A stretch of DNA of 64,000 nt from Piromyces finnis finn (taxonomy: Eukaryota > Fungi > Neocallimastigomycota), in contig MCFH01000039.1 in assembly GCA_002104945.1 (NCBI GenBank), forward strand, positions 372,001-436,000. Reading direction: 5' to 3'. The position numbers were made by a program, and so were the translations under genes. This document shows, piece after piece, positions 48,906 to 63,300 of the stretch (positions are counted from its first letter, which is position 1; the number at the start of each line of letters is the position of its first letter). A model generated the notes under the pieces. It had not been told where the DNA came from and searched no databases. It was given only the letters and a program-made list of their open reading frames with translations.

Positions 48906-51900
48906 CATACAATTCTAGAAAAATTTTTGTAAAGTCAGAATTAAACTGTACTCCATTATCAATAATTATAGTAGTAGGTGTACCAAATCTTGCAAAAATT
49001 TTTGATAGTAAGTAAACCACATCGAGACATTATTGAGGACTGCGGCTCTGCTTCTACCCACTTGGTAAAATAGTCAACTACTACCATAATGTACTGGTTG
49101 CCTTGGCTAGTAGCAGGTAAAGGGCATATTATATCTAAACCTAGGTGAGTAAATGGAGCTTCCACAGGAGTAACATATTTTTCTGTGGGATTGGGAATTT
49201 CATTCTTTTTATTTAATTGGCAGGTAATACAATTAGCTATGAATCTTTTAATATCTACTGTCATTCCTTTCCAGTAGAAGGATTTCTTTAACCTCTCATA
49301 AGTTTTACTGAAGCCTTCGTGACCAATTGCATGTGCTTTCCAAATTAAATTGAACTTTTCTTCATTTGTACTAATTATTCTTCTTAGATTTCCTTCATCT
49401 TTAATGTACCTTTCATTATCTAGAGTCACTATATAATCCTCAAGGAATTCTTTCATGAATTCAGCGATATCTCCATCTGTATCATTTTCATTATTATTAC
49501 TACTGCTATTATTAATAGAATGTATTCTATAATTGATTAAATTATATGTATTACTCTTATTTCCTAATATATTATCTATATATTGTAATATATAATTCTA
49601 AGTTTGGTTCAATTGATTTTTATATTGACATAAATTCTCAATTTTATGTTCTTCATTCATATTTTGGTTTTCTCCATTATATTGTAATATACGAAATTCT
49701 ATATGGGCCAGTATATTAGAATAGTATTTGTTTATATCATTTTTGAATTGAATCAATTTAATTAAAAATTTCTTCAATTTATTTTTATTTTTAATATATT
49801 GGGGTTTATATGATTATATATATTATGATTACACTCTGATATATGGGATTTGTTCTGAATTGAAAATTTTTTTGGATTTCCTGAAAATTTCAAATTATCT
49901 ATATACCACCATTTTTCCCTTAAATTTTTAATTGATGAAATTTTTGAATTTTTCAAAATAATTTTATTTTTTTGAATAGTAGATGATTTATTATGATTTT
50001 GAATTCCTAAATTATTTTGACCTTTTTGTGGCGTTTTGAAATTTTTTTGTGTTTTCTTCTGACAAAACTTCTTCTTTATTAACTAGGTTATTACTTCGTC
50101 TTTCTAAGGTAGCAGGTATTCTTGATAAAGCGTCAACGAGACAATTTTTCTTTCCTGGTTCATATAATATTTTTATTCTTAACATACTTATAGTAATGCA
50201 CCACCTAATATGGCGCATGTTTTCTGGTTCTTTATTAATGAATAGACCAAGCAAGGGTTTATGGTCGGTATATAAGAGAACCTCATATTTATTTCCAGAA
50301 ATATAGTATTTAAATTCCTTTGCACAGTAATAGACTGCTGTGCCTTCCAGATCCGTTGTACTATAATTTCTTTCTGCTTTAGTGAGTGTTCTACTTATAA
50401 AATGTATAGGATGCTCTAAGCCATCTTCATCATTAATTTGTAGTAATACACCTCCGATACCATCCTTACAGGCATCAGTTCTAATAATGAATTGTTTATT
50501 TGAATTGGGAAAAGCTAATATTGGGGCTTCTACCAGAGCTATTTTTAGTATGTCGAAACTTTCTTGTTCTATTTTATTCCATATAAACTGAGAATCTTTT
50601 CTCAATAATTTATAAAGTGGCGCAGCAAGTTTAGCAAAATTATTTATGAATTTTCTGTAATACCCAACTGTGCCTAAAAATGACCTAAATTCAGACACGT
50701 CTTTTGGCTTAGACCAGTTCTTCACGGCTTCTACTTTAGACTTAATGGTTTTGAGACCATCTTTGGACACTACATGGCTAAGCACCTCTACCTCCTCCTT
50801 GAAGAAGCAACATTTCTCAATGTTGATTTTAACCTTATGTTGGCGGAAGATGTCCAAAACTTGGTTTAAATGAGAAAGGTGTTCTTCGACATTATTAGAG
50901 AAAATTAAAATATCATCTAAGAAAACATAGACAGAATGTCCAAGTAGGTCAAAGAGAATTCTATTCATTTCTCTTTGAAAAGTAGCAGGGGCACCAGTAA
51001 GACCGAAGGGCATGACCTTAAAAACAAAATTTCCAAACTTAGTGGTAAAACCAATAAGGTCAATACTATCGTCGTCCATATGAATTTGGTGATACCCGGA
51101 AAACAGGTCCAGAGTAGAGAAAATTTTAGCTCCATCAATCCCACTAAAAATTTCATCAATATTGGAAAGTGAGTAGGAATCTGGAACAGTTAAAGCATTT
51201 AATTTCCTATAGTCCATGCAAAGTCTTCATTTACCATTCATTTTTGTGACAAGGACTATAGGAGATGACCATGAAGATTTGGAAGGAACAATAAGACCTT
51301 TATTAACTTGGTAAGTTCCTCCTTAAGAATGTTGGACTTGAATTTGTTAAGTCTATAAAATTTATTTTTACAGGGAACCAGCGTCTTTTAAAAGTTCAAT
51401 GCGATGAGGATTAAGATCTGACGGCGATAATTGTTCAGACGAAGTAGCAATAACATCAATATTATCATTTAGAGAATTAATAATTATATCTCTGTATTGT
51501 GGATCTAATTCAGAAAGAAATTTTTCAGAATGAATACAATCACTTGGGGACAAATTTTCATTCTGTGTAACTTTAAGATTGGAAAAATTATTAGAAAAAT
51601 CTTCTAATTCTTCAGAAAATTTAGAAGAATAAATATTTTTATGTGGACTTAGGAATTTAATGAAACAAGTGACAATCTCGGCATCTTGGTCTTCAACAAT
51701 AGGTGCTAAAGCTTCAAAAGAATCAGGGGATGTACACCTACAAACTGTTTTAGATACCGGGTTGATAAAAAGATAATTATCGGCAATTGTTTTAAGACTA
51801 ATTAGGATATCAAAATAAGCTGCATCATGTTCTATAATGCAGAAATTAGCCATAAAGGAATAAGAATTAATAACAATTGGTAAAAGGACTACAATAGCAT

Positions 51901-54900
51901 TAGAAATAGTATCATCACCTAATACTTCACCAATTTTATCGCGACAAACGCCTACAGTTTCATATTGCTCAGGCAGTTTGTTGAAATATTTAGTAGTAAC
52001 CAAATTTAGATTACTTCCAGAATCAATAGAGTTTATTTTTAATATTATCAACTGAGGCTAAGACTATACCTAAGTCATCATTTTTAAATTTAGCATTATG
52101 AACTGTAATGTTATTATTATAGAAATTAAAATCATCATTAAAATACATAGAGTTAACAAATTTCAATTTTTCTAGTTTAATGTTCTTAGTTAATTCACTT
52201 CTAAGTTTAAGACAAATATCCAGAATTTGGGTAAACGAAATGTTACACTTGGTATTAGCTAAGTCTTTCTCTATATTATATGGTTCAATATTATTTTTAT
52301 TAACTAAAATAGTATGACGGTCTTTCCTAGTTTTAGGAGAAGTCATGTGAACCTCAAATTTATTATTGTGATCAGGTGATACCGGTGGATCCTTAAATCT
52401 AACTTTATTATTAATATTTTGGACTGATTTTGAATTATTAATATTAAAATTACTATGAATATTAGAATTAGTATTAATGGAATTATTGGTACTAAGATTA
52501 TTAATAGAAATGGTGTTAGAATTAGAATTAGAATTATTAATAGTTTTAGATTTATTAGAATTAGAATTAGAATTATTAATAGTTTTAGATTAATTAGAAT
52601 TAGAATTAGAATTATTAATAGTTTTAGATTTATTAGAATTAGAATTATTAGAAGAAAAATTATTATTAGAATTTTCATTAGAAATAGAATTAGAATTTTA
52701 ATAGTAATATTAGAAGAATTATTAGAAGAACTATTATTAGAATTATTGCTATTAACAATTTTTGAAGGATTATTATTCTTTACACTATTAGTTTTAGTAA
52801 AATCTTTAGAAGTCTTTTCTATATACTTTGAAATATTAGAATTTTTATTAATAATTTCATTATTAGTTACATTATTGTATACATTATTATCATTTACATT
52901 AATTTCATTTACATTATTATTGTTTACATTGTCATTATTTAAATTATTAGAAAATAAATTTTTAAAATTAGAATTATTATTATTTAAGTTATTAGTTAAC
53001 TTATTAGGACTATTTTGGTCCATGTCAGAGTTTTTACTGGGAGAACGATTACGGGAGTGTGGATTTACAGTTTTTCTATTGAAGGTATCCTCCTCCATAT
53101 CAGATTCAGAATCCTCAGAACTATTAATTGGCATTCCTTGCAAAGAAATTTTATTCCTGGTATTACTTTTAGCTTTTCTTATTTCAGTACTAGGTTCTAA
53201 GGAAGTGCCTTTTCTTTTAATGGCATCCACATAGAAGTTTCCCATATCTTGGTATGCATTTTGGTTTAGGGGAGAGCATTTACTCCCCTGCATTAGTTCA
53301 AATGCATTGAATCATTTTGATGATCTTCGTTATCGGAGAAAATATCAGAATTTTCATAGAAGTTCTGATTATTGAAACTCCTATCTTGATAATTTTGGTA
53401 ATTAGTAGCGGAGTTTCTGAGCGGAGCAGAATTACTAAAGGGATTATTACTATAGGAATTATTGTAATTGTTATAACCAGAATTATCAAAATTATTAGGA
53501 ATAAAGTTGGTGTTACTGTTACTAAACTTAGAATTATTAAAATTTTTATTAAAATTTGAATTAGTAGAACCTAAATTATTATAATTTTGACCATTGAAAT
53601 TTAAATTATTAGAATATGAATTATTAAAATTTTGATTATTAAAACCTTGATTATTAGAGTTTTGGTTATTAAATCCAGAGTTATTATTATAATTAAATTT
53701 ATTAGAATTAAATTTATTTGAGTTAAAATTACTAGAGTGGTTAAAAATTATTTTGACTATTGGCTGGATAATTATTAAAGTTAGTATAATTTGAGCTAAA
53801 ATTATTATAGTTATTTCTCATTTGTTCATCTTTATACTTAAGAAATTGGAATTGAGCGAATCCAGAACAATCCGACTTCGTGTGACCTCTCTCGTGACAA
53901 AATTTGCAAACAGTAACCTTATGATTAGAATTTCTATTATTAAAGTTATTACCATTATTATTGTTGTTGTTATTATAGTTATTCCTGTTAGATCCATTAT
54001 TATTAAAGTTATTATTGGAAATTGAAGAATTAAAATTTGACCTATTATTTCTTTGGTTGTTATTAGGCGGAGTTGTTTTGTACTTTAATTCTTCATTCAT
54101 TTTATCATAGAATTCTACGGCATCCATGGCTTCTAATAAGAAGATTCTTCTTTGTTTAAACTCCGATTTAACACTTCTCCATACGTCCGTTCAGTTAATT
54201 ATGGAGTATGAATAGTAATTGGCCGTAACTCTGGTTTGTTGGTTCTTGTCCAATTCACTGAATAGTTTCATATATTTTTTATTGAATTCTTTGACATTAT
54301 CATGATACGAAATTTTTAAAGATTTTAATTCGTTGATAATGTCTTCTGGGTCCTTCTTTAATTTGTATGTCCTTAATAGTGCATCTTTCATTTCTTCAAG
54401 GGATGGATAAACAGTAGTACCTTAAGCGTCGGTACGTACTAAATCCCTAATTGCTGCAGCACCCATTCCCTGTACTCTCATAAGACACCAATCGTAGATG
54501 TCCCTAGATGCTGTAATCTTTTGTATAACCAAGACTAGAATTGATCATGCTATAAATTAATGTCATGATTTTCATCCGTCAAGGTGACGATACCTTGAAG
54601 AGTCATTAGGCGGTATTGTAGTAACATAGAGTTATTTAGTTCCGCCATTCTTTATTCCTTGGTTTCTTTCACAAGAGCTTCAATAAGTTTTGTGCAGTCC
54701 AATTTCTTAATAATTAAAGTTAAAAAAAAATGTTTTTTATTTTAATAGTATATTAATTATTTTTTTATTAACGTATTCTAAAAATTTCAAATTTAAATAT
54801 TTAATATTGTTATTATCAATTTGAATTTCCGACCAAAATGTGTATAATAAGCTGCACACCTAAGGGTCTTTCATCCGATGATTTATGTTTCCGTCACCCT

Positions 54901-55198
54901 AATTACGTGATAGTTCCGTCAAACGCTTCAGGATCTTAAAACCACCCTTACTATACCCCTTCTGAGAGTTGCATGGCTTGCTTATGGTGACACGATTTTG
55001 TTAAATTCAATATTGATAAGAATGAAACTTCAATTATCAATATTAAATAATAATAATTTATATATATATATATTTTTTATAATATAGTTAATGAATAACT
55101 ATGAGCAAAAATAAAAATGTTATGTAAAAAAAATAACTAACACAATTTATTAAAATGTATAACTTCTTCCTCCTCTAAAAGAATTGATATCTCCACCA
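48906..55198 (-). mobile_element. Degenerate non-chromodomain Gypsy element H (3' truncated)
   Basis: tRNA-Ala-type PBS 55186-55198, gag 54648-53293 (CKFCHERGHTKSDC), protease IDSGS, RT FLDD (50012-51217), RH, partial IN; LTR begins TGATA at 55201, far end unresolved. Confidence 0.88.
52520..52650 (-). repeat. 39-bp tandem repeat x3 in the H gag-pol spacer
   Basis: TTATTAATAGTTTTAGA at 52534, 52573, 52612 within AATTAG microrepeats. Confidence 0.85.
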
Positions 55199-56398
55199 AA
55201 TGATATAACTCGGTTCTATTTCTTTTTTTAGGGGGAAACTTTATGAAATAATGTTTTGTTTAAATTAATTTTATTCAATAAATTTTTGGCTAGAAATACA
55301 AGAAGCAAAGAATTAATTATAAGAAATAACAATACATTTATATATCTTTTAATAATTATAAACTATATTTTGTTTGTTTAATTAATAAATATATAACTAG
55401 TATAAAAAGTATAAAAATATTTATTAAAGTATAATATAATAAAATATAAATATAAAATATAAAATATTATAAATAAAAATAATAAATAAAAGAAATTATT
55501 TACATAACATAAAATTATGTTAAAATTTTATGTTTTTATTATTTAAATTAATAAAATAAATTTATGTTATCACTTAAATTTATTTTATCGTGTGAATTTA
55601 TTTACTTCTCAATTGCTTTTAGTCACTTATTACATGACTATTTTAATTTATTTTATGTAATTATTAATAAAATAATTTTATTAATAATTAGAGTTTTATT
55701 TAATATTTCATATCACTAATATTTGAAAATGAACAAGTATAAAAATCATTTATTTTTATTTATTTTTATTTATAAAATTTAGATATAGATATTATCACTT
55801 TCTATATTCATTTATAGAATTAAGATAACATTCTTACCGTATCATAAATCTGTCACAATAACATATATAAAAATTTAAAAATTTTGGGCACATGGAAAAA
55901 AATAATTTTTTTTAAATTTTTATTAAAAAATTTCAAAGTATAAAATTTCTAATCTTTGAAATTGTTAAAATTTTATTATTATAAATTTTATTTTAAATTT
56001 ATTAACTATTTACAATAATTATATTAATTATTAATTTATAAAAATTAAATATTTTATACTTAAACAATAATTAATTAAAATTAAAAATGTAATAATTAAA
56101 ATTGTTCATGTATAAAAAGAACAAAATTTGACAAAAATTACAAAGCTTTAGCGTTAGTAATTTTTTAACTTAAAGTTAATAAAATTTATAATCTCCTATA
56201 AAACCTAAAACTTTAAAAAATTTAATATTTTTAATAACTTAATATATGTTGATATTAAGTTATTGCTAAAATAAAAATATTATTTAATTTTCTTTATGTA
56301 AATATTATTAGCTTTACGCCTTCAATAGGAAAGCGTATTATATTTGTTAATTAATATAACTAGTGTGTTTACCACACTTTTCTTTAATAAAAAAAATC

Positions 56399-56822
56399 TG
56401 TAAAATATTGTATTAATTGAATAATATATTTAATACGTATTAAAAATAATGTATAGTGTATTGAATTAATGTACCGTAAATTTTACAAACATTTATATCA
56501 CAATACATTAACATAAACTTATGTAAATTTTATTTTTCAATTACAAAAATTTACATCACAATACATTAACATAAATTTATGAAAAATTTATTTTTGATAA
56601 GATAAAGTTTTTGATGATAAAATAAAATTTTAAATTAAATAATTTTTAACCAATTAATATTTTAGATAATAAAAAAATTTTTTTTATAAACTAAGCCTCA
56701 AAATTAGAAATAAATAAATTAAATATATGTATGAAATATAATCAATCATATAGTAAATAAATCAAAACTTTATTTTAAGTTTAGAAAATTCTTTAGTAAA
56801 TAAATTGAATTTAAATAGTTTA
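56399..56822 (+). mobile_element. Partial LTR, family F
   Basis: TGTAAAATATTG start; cut at 56823 by LTR-B. Confidence 0.8.
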
Positions 56823-57393
56823 TGTAAAAGTATAAAATTTAAAACAGATTTCATACTTAAAACAAAACAATTTTTATTAACACAAAAATAAAAAAATAAA
56901 ACATTAAATTTTTATTTTAAAAATCATTTTATTTAAAACTCTTAAAAAGATTATTAACTATATAATAGTTAATAATTAAAAAATTGAAAATAACAATTAC
57001 ATCGATTTAATAAACAAAAATTACATGTATTTATATTTTTTCATAATTATATTCTAATATATTATTCTAATTTGAGTAAACTCAAAATTGAATAAAGCCC
57101 ATGTATTTTCTATAAATTAATTTAATATTATCAATACTATTCTTAATATATTTCCTATTGAAATATAAATAAATCTATTTTTAAAACTAAGTTAAAATTA
57201 TTAAACTATTCTAAATTTATATAAAAAAGTATATTATTATAAACTATTCTAAAATTAAATAAAAAGTATTTTATTATGAATATTTAAAATATTTGAAATA
57301 TTTAAATTTAATTAGGATTCTTTTATTCCTTAAATTTAAATATTTCTCTTAATTTAAATTTAACGGAATTATTATAAAATAATTTATTATTAA
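56823..57393 (-). mobile_element. Partial LTR, family B, interrupted by element B
   Basis: Reverse complement of the 3' part of 31057-31852. Confidence 0.85.
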
Positions 57394-60300
57394 TGTAAAG
57401 ATATAATATATATCTTTAGATTATTTAATAATTAACTATTAATTATTAAATAATAAATTAATATTTATTAAAATTAACTATGAAGTTTTTAATATTCAAT
57501 GGAATAATTTAATAATAAATTATTTTATAATAATTCCGTCAAAATTAAATAAAGATAAATATTTAAATTTAAGGAACAAAAGAATCCTAATTAAATTTAA
57601 ATATTTCAAATATTTTAAATATTCATAATAACTTTAAATACTTTTTATTTAATTTTAGAATAGTTTAATAATAATATACTTTCTTATTTAAATTTAGAAT
57701 AGTTTAATAATTTTAACTGAGTTTTAAAAATAGATGTGTTTATATTTCAATAGGAAATATATTAAGAATAGTATTGATAATATTAAATTAATTTATAGAT
57801 AATACCTGAGCTTTATTCAATTTTGAGTTTACTCAAATTGAATTAAAAGTATAATGAATTAGTTTTAGTTTAGTTTTATTATTTTATTATTTAATTAGAT
57901 TAGTTTTGTTTATTTTATATTAAATATATGTTTATTTAAATAGAATAATATATTAGAATATAATTATGAAAAAATATAAATACATGTAAATTTTATCAAT
58001 TGAATCGATGTAATTGTTATTTTATTTCTAACCATTAATAAAGAAGATAATTTTTAAAAAAAAAAGAAACTCCTATTTTTATTTTATCGTGTGTTTAATT
58101 GTTTTATTGTTAAATATATAATCTGTTTTAAGATTAATATTTTACAATAACAATTACCTTTTATTTTAAAAAAACACGTTATATTTTAATAATAAAACAA
58201 TTTTATCTTTGAAACTACTGGAATTTTTGGTGAATCCGAAGTTGTGGAACTGCTACTGTGATTTAAAAGCTTACGGAAATTTTCTTTCTACTTGGAACTC
58301 TAGGAATTCTTTTTACTTAGATATTTAGAAGAATCCCCTTTGTGTAACGTTTACTTTGATCTTTAGAAGATATTTTTATAATTATTCTCTCGTGGAATTC
58401 TCTTTGTGTAACGAAAACTCAACCGTTGATACAAAAGTTATTTTTTCGATTAATTATTTTATACTATTAAATATCTCGACGACACCGTTTGATAGGATAG
58501 AGTCAGATCGACGTCTTTAAATATAGTATATTATCAATTTAATAGAAAAAGGGTAACTTATAAGAGTATTTTGTGATAATACAAAAATAAAATTTTATAT
58601 ATTAATGAATTTTTTGACAAGCTATTAAAGAAAGAATAAATTTTGTATTTTTAAAAGCTTCTTAATTTTGATCAAAAAAAAAAAAAAAAAAATTTAATAC
58701 CATATTTTCAAAGTGGAAGATCTAAATAAAATTTTTCAAAATTTAACTATTAAGGACGTAGAGATGTCAGAAAATCATAGCAACCTTAGGAAAATCAATA
58801 GTCCACCCCTATTTTATGGAAATAGGAAAGATCTTGAAGGTTTTCTAACTAGAGTCGAACTAACCTTTGAAGATGAACCAGACCGCTTCTCAGATGATAG
58901 CAAGAAGATTAGATATATTATGTCCTTCTTTGAGGACAAAGCTTTGAAATGGGCTATTATATTAAGGAGAGAAAGAAATCCAATTCTTAACTCCTTAGAT
59001 GATTTTATCCGTGAAATGAGATCACAATTTGGTGATCAAGATTGTGAGACTGTTGTAGCCAATGGAAAACTATGTACAATAAAACAAAAAAGTTACAAGA
59101 ATGTTTATTCGTACATAAATGAATTTAAAAGAATTAGCCAGTACTCAAACTTTAATGAGGCCGCTAAAATATATATGTTCATTCAAGGATTACATTACAA
59201 AATGAGGGAACATCTTGCTGTTGTCGATTCTAATCCTGATGACCTCAATAAACTCTACAGTGAAGTTATAAATATTGAGAGTCTCACCAAAAGAATAAAT
59301 ATTAGCGAACATTATTTTAAAAATAATGAAGGAAGAGGCAACAAGAAAGATCAAGATAATGATCCTATGGACGTTGATCTTATGAGAATTAAAAGTGGTA
59401 ATAAATATACTCATCACTATGCGGATCCAAAAAGGGATTACTATGTTAAGAACAATGATTCCCATGAAGAAGAAAAGAAAAAAGGTCTTTGTTTTTTATG
59501 CAAGAAGCCGGGACACCTACAATTCAACTGTCCTAACAAGAGAAAGCCAATGAATGTTAGAACCATTCAGGAAAAAGGCTCACATTCTAACGATACTGCC
59601 TCTTTGAATAGAATAATTAAGCTAGATAAATTTATGGACATAGCTACAATCCATGAAATTGTGAAGAGAGAAAATTTATCAAGAAAGAAAAATAATATCC
59701 TTAACTTCTCAATTAAGTCAAATGAAGGAGATGAAGTCAGAGATAGAGTACTAATTGATTCTGGATCTGATCTTAACTTTATTCACCCTGACTTTATTAA
59801 AAAACATAAAATCGGAACTAGAAAAGTTAAGGAATCAATAAGAGTTACGGGATTGGGATGTGATGTAGCCGTGATTGAAAGTGAAACAGAAAAGTGTATT
59901 CTTCGCTATCGAAACCATCTCGAGGTTATCAAGCTCTATGCTCTTAGAATTCCAGATGTCGATATCATTCTTGGTATCCCTTGGATTGATAAGCATAGCC
60001 CTCAAAACTACCACGACGCGAGCAAAATTCGGTTTAATTCTGATTATTGTTCTCGCCATTGTAATAATGGAAAAAGAAAGCACAAATCAAAAAAGAAGAA
60101 ATCTAATAAAAAGAACAACTCTATACAAGAAACCAAAATTATGACAAATCCTCAAGTTCACAAAAGAAAATTATCGGAGGTAACTGAAGATGCTGATGAA
60201 GATTTTGAATATGTTCGTGGTCGTCGTTCTCGTATTTGTACTATTATTGATAATAATAGTGATAATGATGATTTTTATCATTATAGGAATTTTAATAAAA

Positions 60301-63300
60301 ACTTAAATTGTAATAACTGTAATAGTATTAGTGATAGTTTTAGTATTGGTAATAATTATAAAAAGAGTTTTAATAGTATTTGTAGTAATAATAATTGTAA
60401 GTGTAATAATTGTCTTAAGTGTATTAATTGTATTAATATGAAAAAATTAAATGTAATTAATGAAAATAACTTAAATAAAGATAAAAAATTGGTCTCAGTG
60501 CCAAAACAATATTTAATTTATAAAGAAGTGTTTAATGAAAATAATTGTAATATGTTACCACCTCATCGTGAATATGATTGTGAAATTAAATTAAAAGATA
60601 ATTCTAATTTGTTTTATGGTCCCCTTTATCCATTAACTGAAGCAGAAAGAGATGAACTAAAAAATTACATTAAAGAAAATTTAGAAAAAGGTTTCATTAG
60701 GAAATCTACATCTCCTGCTGGGGCACCAGTTTTATTTGTTAAAAAGAAAGATGGCTCATTACGGCTATGTGTTGATTATAGGAAGCTTAACGACATGACT
60801 ATTAGAAACTCATACCCTCTTCCTTTGATCAGTGACTTATTAGATAGAGTGAAAGGAGCAAAGTATTTTACTAAGTTAGATTTAAGGTCAGCCTACAACT
60901 TAGTTAGAATCAAGGAAGGTGATGAATTTAAAACTGCCTTTAGAACTAGGTATGGGCACTTTGAATACCTTGTTATGCCGTTCGGGTTAAAGAATGCACC
61001 TGCTACCTTCCAGCATTTTATTAATGATGTTCTTAGTGAATATTTGGATGATTTTGTTATTTCCTATATCGATGATATTTTAATTTTCTCAAATAGTTTA
61101 GAAGAACATCATGTACACGTGAAAAAAGTATTAAAGAAATTATTAGATAATAATTTGTTTGTTAAATTAGAAAAGTGTGAATTCGACGTCCCTGAGACAA
61201 CTTTCTTGGATATGTGTTATCGAGGGAAGGCCTAAGAATGGACAGTAATAAAGTGAAAGCTATTCTTGACTGGCCTGTTCCTACTTCTGTTAAAGAAGTC
61301 CAATCCTTTATTGGTTTATGCAATTATTACAGAATTTTTATTAAAGATTTTGCTAGGATAGCTAATCCGCTGCATAAACTCACTAGAAAAAATGTTCCTT
61401 TTACTTGGAGCTCAGAACATCAGAAAGCATTTGATACCCTCAAAGAATTATTTACTTCCGCACCTATTCTTATAAATCCTGATAGTAATAAACCATTTAT
61501 TGTCGAGACTGACGCAAGTAACTTCGCGGTTGGCGCAATTTTGTCACAAGAATTTGAGGGTCAGTTGCATCCGGTCGCTTTTATTTCTTCAAGTTTAACA
61601 AAGTCTCAAAGAAATTATCAAATCTATGATAAAGAATTGCTTGCTATCAAAGTAGCTCTGGAAGAATGGAGACACTATTTGGAAGGTGCTAGACATCAGT
61701 TTACCATCTATACTGATCATAAGAATTTGACGTTCCCTAGAAAGCCTGAAATACTATCGCAACGACAAATAAGATGGTATGAGTTCCTATCTCGTTTTGA
61801 CTTTAAGCTAATTTACAGAGCTGGTAAAAAGTCTGGAAAACCTGATTTATTATCAAGACGTAGTGATCATTTATTTAATAATATTTCATGTAATAAAATT
61901 TCTTGTAACGTAATTGATAATATTAATAAAAATGATAATACTTTGATTAATTCCATTTTATGCTCTCAAAAAAAAGATGTGTTTTACAATAAAATTTTAT
62001 CTTACTTTAATAATAACAATAAGTCCTCGTCCCCACCATGTAAAAACATTGATAAATATTTTATCGATGTTGATGGCTATTTGTTATTTAATAATTTAAT
62101 TTATGTTCCACCTAATTTAAGAACTAGAATTTTAGAGTTGCATCATAACTCTATTTCCGCTGGCCATTTTGGTATTAATAAGACTACCGAATTAATTAGC
62201 AGAAATTTTTGGTGGCCAAAATATTATGATGATGTTAAAAAGTTTGTTAAGTCCTGTGTAACTTGTTGTAAAGCTAAAGTTCCAAGACATAGACCATATG
62301 GGTTGCTATCTCCTCTTCCTACTCCTGATAGAGCTTGGTCTGAATTATCTATGGAATTCATTGTTGAATTACCAAAGTCCAAAGATATGACTACCATTAT
62401 GGTCATTGTTGATAGACTAACCAAAATGGCTCATTTTATTCCCTTAAGGTGCCTTCCTACTGCATCTATTGCAGCTGATGTTTTTATCAACAATATCTTT
62501 CGGTTACATGGTTTCCCCGAATCAATTGTTTCTGACCGTGGTACTCAGTTTACTTCTGAATTTTGGAATCGTCTGTGTGATTTATTAAATATTAAACTTA
62601 AGTTTTCCACTGCTAACCACCCACAGACTGATGGTCAAACGGAGAGAGTGAACGGGATATTGGAACAATATCTCCGTTGTTTTATTAATGAAAAACAAAA
62701 TAATTGGGTTGATTTGCTTCCTTTTGCCGAATTTGCCTATAACAACACATTACAGCAATCGATCAATCAATCCCCATTTTATGCAAACTATGGTTTTAAT
62801 CCCAAATTTAATATCGATATTCCTTCAGCTAATAAACCAAATAGAGCTGAACAAAGAATTTTAGATATAAATAAAAATATCAAACTTCTAAAGGAAAATC
62901 TTGATCATGCAAAAGAAACTTATAAAAAATATGCTGATCAAAGAAGAATTGAATCACCAAAGTTTGAAGTTGGAATGAAAGTTTGGTTATTGAAAGGAAT
63001 AAATCCTTCAGGAAAAAACATTAAAAGAAAACTGTCTGATCAAATGCTAGGACCATTTAAAATTATTAAAAAAGTAAGTCCCCTAGCATTTGAATTGAAA
63101 TTACCACACAATTTGCGTTGTCATCCTGTCTTTCATGTTTCGTTATTAGAACCGTATACTGAAAACAAATTTAAAGGTAGGACAAATAATTATAATAGGA
63201 AAAATATCCAATTAAATATTGATACAAATGAAAAAATTCCAGAAAAAATTATTAAAGAAAGAACTTATAATAAAAAGAAATCATTTCTTGTTACTTATAA

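Noticed and set aside
52455-53559. Long I/R/L-rich ORFs on the plus strand (also 40606, 41324, 53822)
   Set aside because: Antisense shadows of AAT-rich low-complexity gag/pol sequence
56316-56377. Possible Helitron 3' end (hairpins near CTAG)
   Set aside because: Spacing atypical, no 5' TC end or RepHel sequence, single occurrence
60280-60450. Cys-rich segment in the B protease-RT linker as a novel zinc finger
   Set aside because: Built from TGT/AAT microrepeats and not conserved in element A
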